Source of the DNA: Orbicella franksi | Taxonomy: Eukaryota | Assembly (NCBI GenBank): GCA_964199315.1 | Contig: OZ116699.1 | Location: forward strand, 15,314,001-15,378,000 | Direction of reading: 5' to 3' | Length of the DNA stretch: 64,000 bases | Part shown: piece by piece, positions 25,497 to 38,054 of the stretch | Position numbering within the stretch: position 1 is the stretch's first letter | How the letters are laid out: the number at the start of each line of letters is the position of its first letter | Translations under genes and position numbers: made by a program | Notes under the pieces: generated by a model | The model's database searches: none | Told to the model about the DNA's origin: nothing | What the model saw: the letters and a program-made list of their open reading frames with translations, nothing else

Positions 25497-28400
25497 TCAT
25501 GTAAGTGACGGTAGAAAAGTGAATTGTGAGGCTTGCATTCCTGGTTTTGAGCGTTCTATTCTTCTAAACTTGCCATTGTCTTTGATGGCGAGATAGCCTG
25601 TGTTGTTTGGATGTACCGGGAAATCCAGCGGCTTGTAGGTCAAATAACCGTTCTCTTCCATGTGCTCTATGAACAGAGAATTGGTATCAAGGTTCTGCTG
25701 CTGTTGGTGAAAAGAAAGAAAAACGTTATCAACAGTAATAAATATAGTAGAAAATTTTTCAGTGGAGCGTTTAAGAATCTCACCGCGCTTGCGATTGTTA
25801 AGTAACTAACGTAAAAACGCAAATAGTTTTAAAAATGGGTTCAAATACGTAAACAAGCATAAAGCATCTGCGCATCTCGCTACTTTACACCCCGTGAAGG
25901 CCTGGGAGGAGGGGAAGGAAAGCGCTCGAGAAACGCTAGAAAGGGGATATTCCCATCGTCTCCTGCGTGCCCTCCTTCTCCTCCCCCCCCCCCCCCCCTA
26001 CCTGCGATCATACCCTCGCACCCTACATCTCAGTCAAAAAACCCTGATCAAAGGTTTTTTCGTACCCTTCTGTTTCTTCCTTAGGGAGCCATTGTCCTTA
26101 ATATAAGGTTTGCAATTTTGAGCGACTTCAACACTTACCAACTAGTCAAAGTAGTAACTGAAATATCACAGTAACGGCTGAAAACTTTAGATGAACTCAA
26201 ACGAAGCACGGTAAAGCCAAAAGGGGACGTGGATCATGCATAAAATTGGAGAAGATTAAAACGGATTGCATTCGTGTAAACTTGAAAACGTTGTCCCAAT
26301 ATTTTCAAGTTTACAGCAGTTTATATGAAAGCGTCATGTATGATACTCAAAAATTATTCTTCTGTTATGTGCCTTTGCTTTTGTCCTGCCAATTTGAAGT
26401 TTATAGAGCTCATCTAAAAGAAGAATTATCTAAATTTCCGTGAAATAGCACCTTAAATAGAACTGACAAAACCCCAGAAATACTTACCGTGACTCCCACA
26501 AATTTTCCTCTTCTTTTTTCTCTTATTTCGCATGCTAAGAAAAGTTTGCTCTGGATTCCTTTGAACCTCTTCAGTGTTTTGTTGTAGGTTTGCCTTTCAA
26601 GTTTAGCTAAAGGATGAAACACAGTTCGTGAGTAAAACCTTCGACTAGACAGTCTAGATTGCGCGATTGTGAAGGTGGGAAAGCACGAAAGGGCTTTTAT
26701 CAACTGTTAAGACGATAGAAAAGCCGAGGGGGACTCCCTTATAAAAAAGACAGGGGTGTTCGTCGAAAATTTTGAAAAGAACCCCTAAGAGGTACCAAGG
26801 TCCTGCTTTGTGGGCGTGGCTTGAAATTTTTTTCTCCCCTGAGAGGTACCAATTCTAAAACAGCACATTATCTCCTGTCATATTTTTCGGCTCAATACCC
26901 CAAAAGGTACAGCAAAAGCTCCTGCTGTGGACCTTTTGAGGCTGAAGACCCTAAGAGATTCCGGAACCGCGTTTTTAACCCCTAAAAGGTAGGACAAACA
27001 CCCCCGTTCCTTTTACATGGGGGTCCTCCCTGGGTGTACAACTTGCGCTTCAGTCAATCTTCTTACTTACTGTATATGGACGAATTGTTCAGCGTCGTTT
27101 GAATGGTTCCATTTGGTAAAATCACCAGGAAGTAGCCAGTCCTAGAAAAAAGCTGTCCTGTTTGAGTTATGGTAGGATCTGGAAAGACCTCGTCTAAATC
27201 ATTCGAAGTTTGAACACGTCTTGGAGGTTGATCTCTTGAAGATCTGGAGTTCGCTTTGACAGGTAACCCCTGTACTAGGCTGGAAGACGTGCAAGAAAAC
27301 ACGAAGTATATAAAAACGATCTGTTGAATTAAAGATACATTTTCATCAGTGCCTGGCTTGATATAGTTAAGTCTGTATGTGTTGTTGTTCAATTTGGTAT
27401 TGGCAGGAGCCAATCACTAGGAGCGTGCAACTACCCCATATTGCTGTCATGGCTTTTACACAGACCGATCTATTTTAAGTTTGAATTTACCGCGAATTTA
27501 GAACCCTGCAGGAGCCTCCATGAGTGGCGAATCACAAGCACCGACTTAATTTTTAACTGACGTCATCATTTCACCAGATCATCATATGGTTTATGGCTTC
27601 CTAACTGAAAAAGTAAAGCGACATGCCGCGAAAATAATTAAATTTAGAAGCACAAAGTCGTTAAACATTGCAGATTTTCAACAAGACTTGAGAGAAACAG
27701 AATGGTTATCGGGAGACAATTCTGTTACGGCTGAAGCGAAGGACTTTTATGCCTTTTCTTAACAACAAAAAGGCCAAAGATAAAACGGAGATCACACTCA
27801 ACATCCACGGAATTCTATTGCAAGATCAACGATCAGTAAGCGAGCAATTTGCCGACTATTTTGCCAGTGTAAGTGAGAGCAGTTTTGATAACTGCCTTGC
27901 AATCAACCTCACACCAGAAGAATGCGATAGACACCCAAGTGTCCTCGCCATACGCAGTAGATGGAACTCTAACTCTTTTATTTTCAGGAAAATCGCGAAA
28001 GAGGAAACTTTTTTTTTAGTCTTAAGACTTTAAATACCAACAAAGCCATTGGTTTTGCCATGATACCGTCACGCGCTCTGAAAATAGCAGCACAAGAACT
28101 TGCAGTCCTACTGACAGCAATTTTTAACCAATGTATCGAGTAATGTAGCTTAATGTCAAGGACCTAATGGACACGAAGGGGATCAAATGTCATCATGGTA
28201 ACAGGAAAATCACTTGGTGGGAAACACAAGCAAATACCAAGCCATGGTAATCGGCAAGGAACACGAGCCATCCCTAACAGCGGTCGACATTAATGGCCAC
28301 TCCCGGGTGGCCACTCTATCAACACTACTGAAGAACGTACTGGGCGTCACTATCGACAAAGAGCTATACTTCTCTAGACATATTTCCATAATTTGTACAA

Positions 28401-31400
28401 AATTAAGCAAATTAATAGGCGTTCTAATGAGACTTAGAAAACTCATCCCAACTGAGGCAAAACTCCAAATTTATAAAACAGCGATATTACCACATCTGAC
28501 CTATTGTAACCTTGTCTGGCACTTTTGTAAAGCAACGGACTAAAAGAAACTAGAACGAGCAAATGAAAGGGGACTTAGGGTGGTTTTCTGTGACTGGAAT
28601 CTCGCATACGAAGACTTAGTGAAACGCGCCAACTTGTTCTCTTTATACAACATGCTATTGCATGATATCGCCATTTTTATGTACAAAGTCAAGCACAGGC
28701 TGCTGCCTTCGAACATATTAGATTCATTCAGTGGCACTCCATCTGGGTCAGTACAACCTCAGGAACTCAGATTTCCATATCTCCAGATTCTATTCTCTCC
28801 ACTGTGGCAAACATTCCTTACGATATCTCGGACCATATTTGTGATCAAAACTTAAACAGAACGACAGATATATGCCAACTCTAACATCACTTGTCTCGAA
28901 CATCCGCAGAAAAGACATCGCGACCCTAGTTTCAAATTACATCTGTACAGGAAATTGTGCGAAGTGTGTTTAAAATGCTATTAGAATTTTAGACATATGT
29001 TAAGTTTGTATATAGTTGTATAGGTAGAAATTATTATATTTTAGTCCTCATTTTTAAAATATAAATGGAATTTTAGATATGTATATATACCGTAAGAAGT
29101 GATTTGTAACTTTTACTTAACTTGACTTAAGGTCATTCCACTGAAATAGAACCTGCACTGAGATTTTTGTGAAACTTTACCTATTGATTGTTTATATTAT
29201 ATGAACTTAAATTTTGAAATAAAAATGAGGGGTCCCCATGTTCGTTTAGGAGCAACAGCACCTTGTTTATACCCCATAAATCCTTATAATAACACCACGA
29301 TTGTAGTCACGATTGCTTGCTAAATTCACGTTTCCGACGATTGCTTTTTGCTCTACACTGAGAATTGGTCTATATTTATTTTACACAGAGAAATTTATCA
29401 CTCAATTCAAAACAACAGAAAAAAAAAATGATAGGTCACCATACTCGTTTGCGAGAAAATGACGATTTACCTCTATGGCGAGATCCAGATGTAAAGAAAA
29501 AGCCGCCATTTTTTTAATGCGCGCGCGCTAATCACGCGTGAAATTATGCGCAGTAGGGATGCGCAGTGCAATACTGGGGAATAACCTTAACTTAACTTAA
29601 CTTAACTTAACTTAACTTAACTTAATTATTAGTAATTTTATTGGGATAGTCCCCGATTAGTCGGCCTCCGAGCTGACTAGGAGATTTAGACGCCGTTAAA
29701 TAAAGTTTATTGATTGATTGATTCACCGGAAGATTAAAAAGAAAAACAGCCTTATTTTCCTTACCGATGCGCGCTCATGTAGACCGGAACTGACCTATTT
29801 CGCGGGAAAAGAAGCCTAAAACTAGACAGGTCTTTAAAAATTCCGTGATATAGGCTAAGTATGGGAGTTGTGCACTCCTAGTGATGGGCTCCTGATATTG
29901 GGTATCTAGTTTGTCATTCCGAAACTATTTTGTTTTCTGTTTTGATTCAATCATTTCCACTTTCCATCTTCGCGCTTTTACAAGGGTCTACAAGACATTT
30001 GAGGGTTTTTTTTTTATCCGCTGATTCCCTTTTTAACTCCGTTCATTGTAACTTTATTTTGTACCACGTTAAAATAAAGATTATTATTACGTAACGAGGG
30101 ATCTGGAATCAAGTTAATTCATCCGCTGACCGCGTATCCACGTCGTTCACTACGCACGCTCCACGCTCGTTCATTAATTCTTACTGATATAATTAAGCCA
30201 CTGGAAGCACGAGTAATGAAAGTAAGGTAATTTCAAAATACTTCTTTGAACTTGAATGTATAGACAGCCGAAAAACCAAATGCTTCAAACTAACTATCGA
30301 AGGGCGTCTTAACATAGCAATATCGGTTCAGTGAAAGCATGGTAGACTGCTGTGAAAATCAATGTTACTTACCAACATCGTAATATCCGACACGTCTGGT
30401 ATGTGGCCTATTGTTTATTTACAAGCAAATCACTTGTACTTGAAGCAATATAAGCTTTTAAAGTGACGAAAGACAAATGACCCCAATTGACGGCTGACGT
30501 CTATTATTATTTAATCTTAATTTATTGCATTCCTCGAGGAAATACACGAGCTCTTCAACGATATTTTGGCATGAGACATGTTCCAAAAGGCATATAGATT
30601 GAAATAAGTGACGAAAATTACCCCATCTGTGTGGGTTATAGATTAGATTCATTTCCGGAGAAACAAATATTTGCAAATGAAAGCGTGATTCCAGATTCAT
30701 AATGCAACGAAATACAATTAGGTTATTGTGTAATAAAGGTTTATACAGTCTTTATAGGTAATCAGCGGAGAAAATAATATGCGTGCCGTTATCAGAACAC
30801 GCTGAGAATGTTCTAAATACTTCCCGTTGAGGAGTCTAGCGTATGTGAAATAGCTAGACGTAAAAAGATTTTGTTTCTTCTCCGCTCGAGCCCTCTTGTT
30901 ATCGCTATTAATAACCTCGTCAAAAGCTTATCCAAAACCTTTCTTATTAACCGTATGGATTATCCGTTTCTTTGTATACCCCAAAGTCGGAGCGGAAAGG
31001 GGAGGTTAACGATAGAACAAAACTGTTTCCTATACTAGCAGACCATTACGCATAATTAAGTAGTCCATAATAACGTAACCTCACGCCAAGAGAAGAGAAC
31101 TAAATATTATCATAAACTTGTAAATTAAGTTACTCGATGTATGCTAGTCAAGATTAACTCATTTATGCTTGGTCTGAGAGAGTCAGTAAGTGGTTTTGGA
31201 GAAATTTCATTAACTGAGACGGCCAGAATAGAGAGGAATACACACTTTTGTCAACTTAAAGATATTGTTTCAATATTCTTTCAAATTCTCTTAACTTTAA
31301 GCAGTAACACTGAGTGAAGAACATTGTCGTAGGGAAATAGCAGTGATAATTTAAATTTCAGTTTGTAATTGTTAGTGTCAAATTGAAAAAACAAATTTTC

Positions 31401-31526
31401 CTTCATAGAGAACCTTATTGATGTTTTTTCCTTATTTTGGTTTCCCCGTTAAAATTAACGACGATTAAGATCTAAATGTAGATAACATACCAGTAATGAT
31501 GCAAAACGTAGACTGAATTCCATCAT
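25497..31526 (-). CDS. Secreted fibroblast growth factor (FGF family), 4 exons, about 202 aa
   Basis: Exons 31526-31491, 27320-27071, 26606-26488, 25700-25497; GT-AG and in phase (609 nt). Signal peptide [30 protein letters not shown]; core motifs [60 protein letters not shown]; the two canonical FGF core intron positions are present. Confidence 0.92.
26724..27034. mobile_element. MITE in FGF intron 2
   Basis: Imperfect TIRs CCGAGGGGGACTCCCTTATAAAAAAGACAGGGGTGTTCGTC / GACAAACACCCCCGTTCCTTTTACATGGGGGTCCTCCCTGGG. Confidence 0.75.
27500..29225 (+). mobile_element. Decayed CR1/L2-group LINE in FGF intron 1 (antisense), RT core deleted
   Basis: Frameshifted fragments: LNTNKAIG...[19 protein letters not shown] (pre-RT), then directly [42 protein letters not shown] (post-RT); in-frame stops; 3' UTR ends in AATAAA. 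Confidence 0.85.
29584..29725 (+). repeat. (TTAAC)n microsatellite followed by a short retroelement-like 3' end with hairpin and (ATTG)n tail
   Basis: About 8 TTAAC units; TAGTCGGC-CTCCGA-GCTGACTA hairpin; AATAAAGTTTATTGATTGATTGATT. Confidence 0.55.
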
Positions 31527-31635
31527 GCGGTGCTGGGAAGAGCAACGATTTTTAGGGCTGTTTTCGTAAATGATGTTCGCTATCTGTTCGCTGGTCTGAC
31601 TGCGTTGTTTGGAAACGCTCACTAGAAAAGACTTT

Positions 31636-31643
31636 CTTTTATA
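31636..31643 (-). promoter_or_regulatory. TATA box of the FGF gene
   Basis: TATAAAAG on the minus strand, about 110 nt upstream of the predicted ATG at 31526. Confidence 0.55.
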
Positions 31644-34600
31644 CATGGTGCAGAATACGAACTTCCTGGTTATTAGCACGAAACCGGATTGTATTAAAGA
31701 CTCCTTCGCAAGACCCTAAATGAAACCGGAATACCTCAGCCTCATGGGTCGTGTAGTTTTTTTAATTCCTGACGATGGAACTTCGTTTCCTCTTATTCCA
31801 AAGGTCTCTCTCGGAAGGGTGGCCGCAATGCGATTTTTGAATAGCAAATATCATTGCTGGCATTTTTCTGGTCTAGGCTCTTGAGAGTTCGTTCGTAAGA
31901 TACACTAGATAAAAAAAAAAAGTTCGTAACGACCGGAAAAAATAACTCAAAAGTCGTCAAAATTGCATATTGAACAATTCATATTCGAATGTTTTGAAGC
32001 TCGCTTCATTGATTCTTTAACGTTTTCAAACGCAACTTTCCGCTTACAACCCGTTCAGTCACGATAACTTTAACCGACCCCTCTGGTGGTTTAAATTCTG
32101 CAAGAAAAGCTGGAAGAACTGGTAGCTGGTAGAAACAAGTGGCGACATACGAAAGAAGCCGCTAAGAAATTAAATAAGGAGGATGAAAATACCAACGGAT
32201 TACAAAACAAAAACCGATTACATAAAATATTATATACTGTTACATAACTTGGCAGATGTCGGGCCCTGTGTGAGAACTTCAGTTGCCTCCTTGAATATGC
32301 CTATCTTCTAAAAGAGGACTGATGTGTCATGTAAAAGGCAGTGATGTGTAACCACAATCATTCCCTCCCGCGAAAACAAAGGAAAACGGATCTTTTAAAT
32401 CGATCGACCGTAAAAGTACCTCAGCTATTGCTTGTTTTGTGTGGGTTTTTCTAGCGTCCTTGAAATAGCTCGCTAAAGTCGTGGGCGACTACGGCAAGTA
32501 AGGACAAAATCATGGGTGGTCGCGTTTGTAAGCCGGCTCGGTTACTCTTACTTGAAGAGGAATCAGTGAAATACGTGCAGTGCAATTCCATTTTTTTCCA
32601 CTGTATTTGGCAAAACTATCAGGGGGAGCCGGTGCCTGTGTTTCAAAAACTGCGAGTATTTTCAGTATTTTTTCGGATGACCATTCTTCGTCAAAAAAAA
32701 AATCCTCTTCTACGTTTTTTCCTTGTCGATACTGTGAATAAGTTGCCAAAACAATCTGCTTAAACCCTTCACACACTTAACGTTTCAGCAATTGTCTCGA
32801 TGAGTGTCTAGTTAAACTTCAAGTTCACCTATTGTTAAAAAGGAAGAGTCAACACAGACTCAACGATTGTTGAAGAAGAGCAAATTTTTCTGGGTTCAAG
32901 TTGTTTAGTACTATACTTTGGTTCAATCGTTTCTTCACTGTGGCGACTGATAACTTGCATAACAGGAGTTGTAGGGAGACGATTTCTTCGGGTCAGAGGG
33001 TCGTTCAAAAATATAACTTCCAATCGCAATCTCCATGTTATGAAAAGTTCCTCATAATTTTACGTTTGCATCATGCTAAGACGTGTAGGTAAAGAATGTT
33101 CTCTACAAGTGCCACTTAGCGAAAAACGGACGTTATGTTTCTTCTCATAATTGAAATAAAAAGTCCAACAATGTGGAGGACATTTAGATACACATCCGGA
33201 CGAACTACGTAGACGGAGTTATAAATAAGCTGACGGAATCGCAGGCGGTGCTCTGGTGAACCGCAGAAAAAAAGAACGGGAATATTATCCACCGCAGTTT
33301 ATTCTTCTGGGTTTGGTAGCAAGCTTGTAGCTTTGAAGAAGGAAAAACGCTTGCTGTGTTTCCTTTGGTAACAAAACGTTGTAACATAACAACTTTGTAA
33401 TGGGTTTCCTGAAAAAATTGTGGTTGAAGAGCCCTTCTTTAAGCCAGCCCTTTTACGATATTGTTTCCGAGTTTGTGTGACGTCTAGGAAAGAAAGCATA
33501 AACTCTGTGCCCACAAATATATTTTTTTAAGCAATTAAATAGTTAAGTGAATTTTTTAGGTGGCTTGTCTCTAAAGCACTTCCGGTGCTTAGCGTACCTG
33601 GGTAAATTTTTTCCCGAACATTCGACAAGAACGGACAAAATCACACAAGATGTAACACTTTATAAATCCCTGGCGAATCTACTTGACCCATAAATGAACC
33701 AGTTCACAGTATTGGCGTGTTATATCAGTATCTGACGAGTGATAACTTAATTATCGACTTCAAAGTACTTTTATTCAATTTTTTTGTAGGAAATCAATTT
33801 GAATGACGCGATTCTAACGAAGGAAACTGAAAAGCCCGTTTTTCTTTTATTTTGGATTAAGGAAGGGAAGTTACAAATACGAATTAAACAATAATATAAA
33901 ATCACGTATCGAACATTTAGTGCAAGATTTAGGTAATGTCGTGATATTTCCGCGGACGGTACCTATCGGGTGTTTAATCGGCTTTAAATCCATGCCCCAT
34001 ACCGGGAAACAAGATGAGTGTTTTAACTTTTAAAAATTCTTCGCTCGGGCTTAAAAATAAACTGGCTAACGTTCTAATGTCAATAAGGGTTCGCGAAGAG
34101 GTTTTAGGTGAATGGTGTGATGAGACTATACGTGACGCATAAATGTAACCGTTAGTGCATGATCTCCCTTTCCTGTCGCGCTCTCAACTGTTCACTTTTC
34201 GCAAAAAAAGTTCTTGTTCTAAAGTGAGAGGGTTACTTATTTTAACTAAGAATGTTTGGAAGAAGAGTTTAATTTACTTGCGTCTTCAGTCTGTTTGCGG
34301 CTAATTCTTCGAGTGGGACAAAAGTACATTCAAATTTTGTATTCCAGCCGGGCAGTATTGTAAATGACCTTCGGGCTGACACAACGTAATTTTTAAAAAG
34401 TTCACTGAAGCAGCTTGATTGTTATACAGGACACATAACAAACGTTAGATTGCACTTATAACAGGTAATTTGCTCAATATTGAATTAAACAAACACATAT
34501 GCAGGTTCTGACTGGGTATCACTGTAATCACCCCAGTTTCTCTTCCTCTTCATTTCTAAATTTGATATCAAAACATTTGGCACGTTTCGGCAAGTTCTGC

Positions 34601-35145
34601 TCTGATCCGCATTGCCTGCTACGCAAGAACGTACATCGGAAGTTTCTTAACGTAAGAGAATTAAACGCAAGCAAGTTCTGCTACTATTGAATTGCGTCAC
34701 TGACGCAACTGGTGTTTTTCTTGACAATTAAAATCAGGAAATATTTTTGCTCGCTTTTTCTACCCTCGTAACTTTCGAAGGCCTTATCATTAATATAGGC
34801 TTAGCACGCAGGCCTAAAAGCGGAGCTCTCATAAAATGCTAATAATACTGAAGTTTCGACTCAATAACCTTAAAAGAAATTCAGTAGTAAGTATTTCACC
34901 AAACCGAATGAGCTGACCAAACTAAAGGAGAAATACTCCAAAAAAAAGGAAAAAGGATGCAAATCACTTCGTGCGAGTGTCAATCAGCAACTCCTGTTCG
35001 ATTTTAGACATAAAATTCTCAACGAAAGACGGTCAAAAATGAAAGAAATGTTAAAGAAAGTCCGTTTAAGACTGATTATCATTCAAGATAAAGCCAGGAC
35101 CGGAAAACACGTAAAGTTTACCAATAGCCATTAAAGATACACTCT

Positions 35146-35219
35146 TTCTTTTTCATAAGAACGTATTTTATAAGAATATCGCGGCTAAAATTTGCGAAAC
35201 TTTAAGAATGTTTTAAGAA

Positions 35220-35256
<37 letters not shown>

Positions 35257-35582
35257 GGTGTCTAAAACTTTGTGAATACAATACAATTATATGTTTTTAA
35301 CTAGATCGCATAAAATTCTTCCTTTCTTTAAACGGCAGAACTGGCTAAAAAGCAACAAAAACAACACTAGCCATTTGTTCGATGCTAATAACATTTCTGC
35401 AAGAAGTTATGGCATATCAGCCTTAAATGCCTGCAGACTGACTCCAAAATCCAGACACCAAATACATTCGAAAACAGATATGTCATATACGCTATAATCT
35501 AAGAATATTTACAAGAATATTTTCAGCCTAAAATTGACAGAAAAATAAGAATATTCAGCTTCGTGCGAAAAAACAATATTCT
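35146..35582 (+). mobile_element. Non-autonomous repeat (TATAAGAA-rich); inverted copy at about 39403-39850
   Basis: Collinear with the reverse complement of 39403-39850 (e.g. GAGATTTTGAAAAGAATATAATT, GATGCTAATAACAT, ATAATCTAAGAATATT, AAATAAGAATATTCAGC). Confidence 0.7.
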
Positions 35583-35589
35583 ATAATAA

Positions 35590-35860
35590 CTATTTATTAA
35601 CCGAGAGTGAGGTCTTTACAGGGAAATCTCAAACCGAACCCTTGCCGTATTGACCTCGCTATCGCTCGGTCACTAGACCTAGATACGGCAAGGCCCAGGT
35701 TTGAGGTTTTCCTGTAAAGACCCAACGTGCAAGGTTAATAAGTTGTTTATTCGTAATCGGCCCGTGAGCATTACGGGAGAATAATGCCCTACAATTGGCC
35801 AATCAGAGCGCGCGTCATATCGACTACAAACACAAGCCATACAAAAAAAAAAAAGGTACC
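35590..35860. repeat. Foldback repeat containing a long nested hairpin (35611-35722)
   Basis: Arms GGTCTTTACAGG/CCTGTAAAGACC, CTCAAACC/GGTTTGAG, CTTGCCGTAT/ATACGGCAAG, TGACC/GGTCA. Confidence 0.7.
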
Positions 35861-36818
35861 CAAAAGGTACATGTGTGGGATTCAGGGATCCAGAATACAA
35901 TGCAATATTTGCAACTTATTTGCATTAACGGACACAAGCCAATGACAATAGCGTGGGATACCACAGGTATCCACACAAAAACACAATATTCACCAAAAAG
36001 CATTTCACCAAACCGAATGAGCTGAACAAACAAATGAGGAAATCCCCATAAACAGTGTGCAAATCATTACGTGCGAGGGTCTAGTAAAAAATTCTGTTCT
36101 GCATAAATTCGCAACGAGAGATAGCCGAATGAAAGAACTATTAAAGAAACTCGTTTTAGATTAATTATCACTCAATATAAAGCCAAGAAATGCATTGAGG
36201 ATGCCAAATTAAGTGTTTTTCACGCACCTCTCGAGAGTGGTTAGCAAATCCAACCCGGCATAACAGAAGAAGAACTTTTAGCAGTCTACGAAGAAGATAA
36301 CACAAAGAAAACTACAAAATTCGGCTGTCAGTATTGATTTCCAAAAACTGTTTTATTATTTTTACCGTGGGATCGACTGCGAAAGTCGGCTTAAAACCGA
36401 CACTAAGCTATTTGTTTACAATTGCAATTTATAACAACTTCGACAAAGCAACTCAAGTGTTTTTGTATAGAGATTAGCGATATTAAACAATGGAATTCTA
36501 TCACCGCACGGTTTTAAACCAGGAAGGCTTTACTCCTTTTAAAGTTATCTCGCCGGAGCAACGTAACGAGTGCCTTCAAAAGTTTTAGAAAACACGACGG
36601 CAGTTTCTACAACAAAACGTCGCTTACCGCAATTCGGTAATACCCCTCAGTCTGCATGATTCTTCCAGGAAGAAACTTCCAGCCAACGTTGTCAACACAG
36701 TAATGAGCTAATGGTTTCGATAGACCGACAAATCAATCACTTTTCCCGTGTGTTTACCGCTATGTAATGTTACTAAGCACACAAAACACGTTTAACTTTT
36801 CTTGTTGATCACCGTATA

Positions 36819-38054
36819 GGCTTTTATCGATTGTGCTAGCATAATTTTTGACATAATTTAGCAAACCGAGCATAATTTTTAGCTTTTATCTAAATTTAGC
36901 ACTGCTAGCATAATCTGGCTTTTCTGACCTTCACCAAATGAGGTAATTTCGTTTTGAATATACTTCTTTTTACTTGTTCTGTTTCTAAAACTTCTGTTAC
37001 GGCTGTCTCCGGGCCGCCTGGTTTCGGTGCGATGTTTCTTGGTCTTACCGGTTCGGTAGTGAGCTGACTGAGATTGAAGGTCTCAGACGGCGTCCTCGTC
37101 CTCGATCTGAGCACTTCCCAAGTTCCAGTTCAGATAGTTCAGCAGCTTACATTTGGCAAGAAATGTAGCAAACCGAGCATAATTTTTAGTTTTTATCTAA
37201 ATTTAGCATTGCTAGCATAATCTGGCTCTTAGCACTGCTCATTTTTTTTCGAACTTATGCCCGAATCATGCTCGTTTCTCTAAATTATGCTCCTCGCGTC
37301 AAAATCATGCTGAATAAAGACAAAACAGAGACAAAACAAGGAATAACGACGTTTGGAACAGCCGTTTTCTACATTTCTAAGCATCCTGGCTTGATTTTGT
37401 ATTAATTTCCGTTATTTCTAGGCTTTTCTAAGACTGAAGAGTGAAATCCAAGATGGCGGGTCAAATGAAGTCATTTGACGTCAAAATTAACAAAAATGGT
37501 ATCACCATGTAGAGCAAGCTCAGGGCTATCTAATCTATGTAAATTTATTATCTTTTTTGTGCCTTAACGAAACGAAAATCCAGGTGAGGGGTTCCATCAA
37601 CCCCCCCTCCCCCCTCCACCCCTTGTACTAGGGACTACGGTGGAGCTATGAATTAAGTTAATTCGCTCTTAAAGACGGTTTCAATAAACGCTCCCAAGAG
37701 ATTAAAGCTCTCTGTACGACATTGTAAGCTGCTGAACTATTTCAACTGGAACTTGGAAAGTGCTGAGATCGACGACGAGGACGCCGTCTGAGATCTTCGA
37801 GCTCAGTCAGCTCACTACCGAGCCCGTAAGACCAAGAAACATCACACCAAAACCAGACGGCCCGGAGACAGCAGTAACAGAAGTTTTAGAAACAGAACAA
37901 GTAAAAGAAGTATATTCAAAACGAAATTACGTCATTTCGTGAAGGTCAGAAAAGCCAGATTATGCTAGCAGTACTAAATTTAGCTAAAAGCTAAAAATTA
38001 TACTCGGTTTGCTAAATTATGCCAAAAATTATGCTAGCACAATCAACAAAAGCC
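36819..38054. mobile_element. Non-autonomous DNA transposon with about 320-bp terminal inverted repeats and TA target duplication (Tc1/mariner-like)
   Basis: TA|GGCTTTTATCGATTGTGCTAGCATAA ... TTATGCTAGCACAATCAACAAAAGCC|TA; arms about 36819-37150 and 37725-38054 align as inverted repeats; repeated GCTAGCATAA motifs; no transposase ORF. Confidence 0.85.

Noticed and set aside
27321-27413. TTG-started N-terminus of the FGF ORF in the track
   Set aside because: Intronic; a proper acceptor at 27321 and an upstream ATG exon give a better signal peptide.
31765-31795. CTGACGA followed by a stem-loop (hammerhead-like)
   Set aside because: No GAAA after stem II and no stem I or III.
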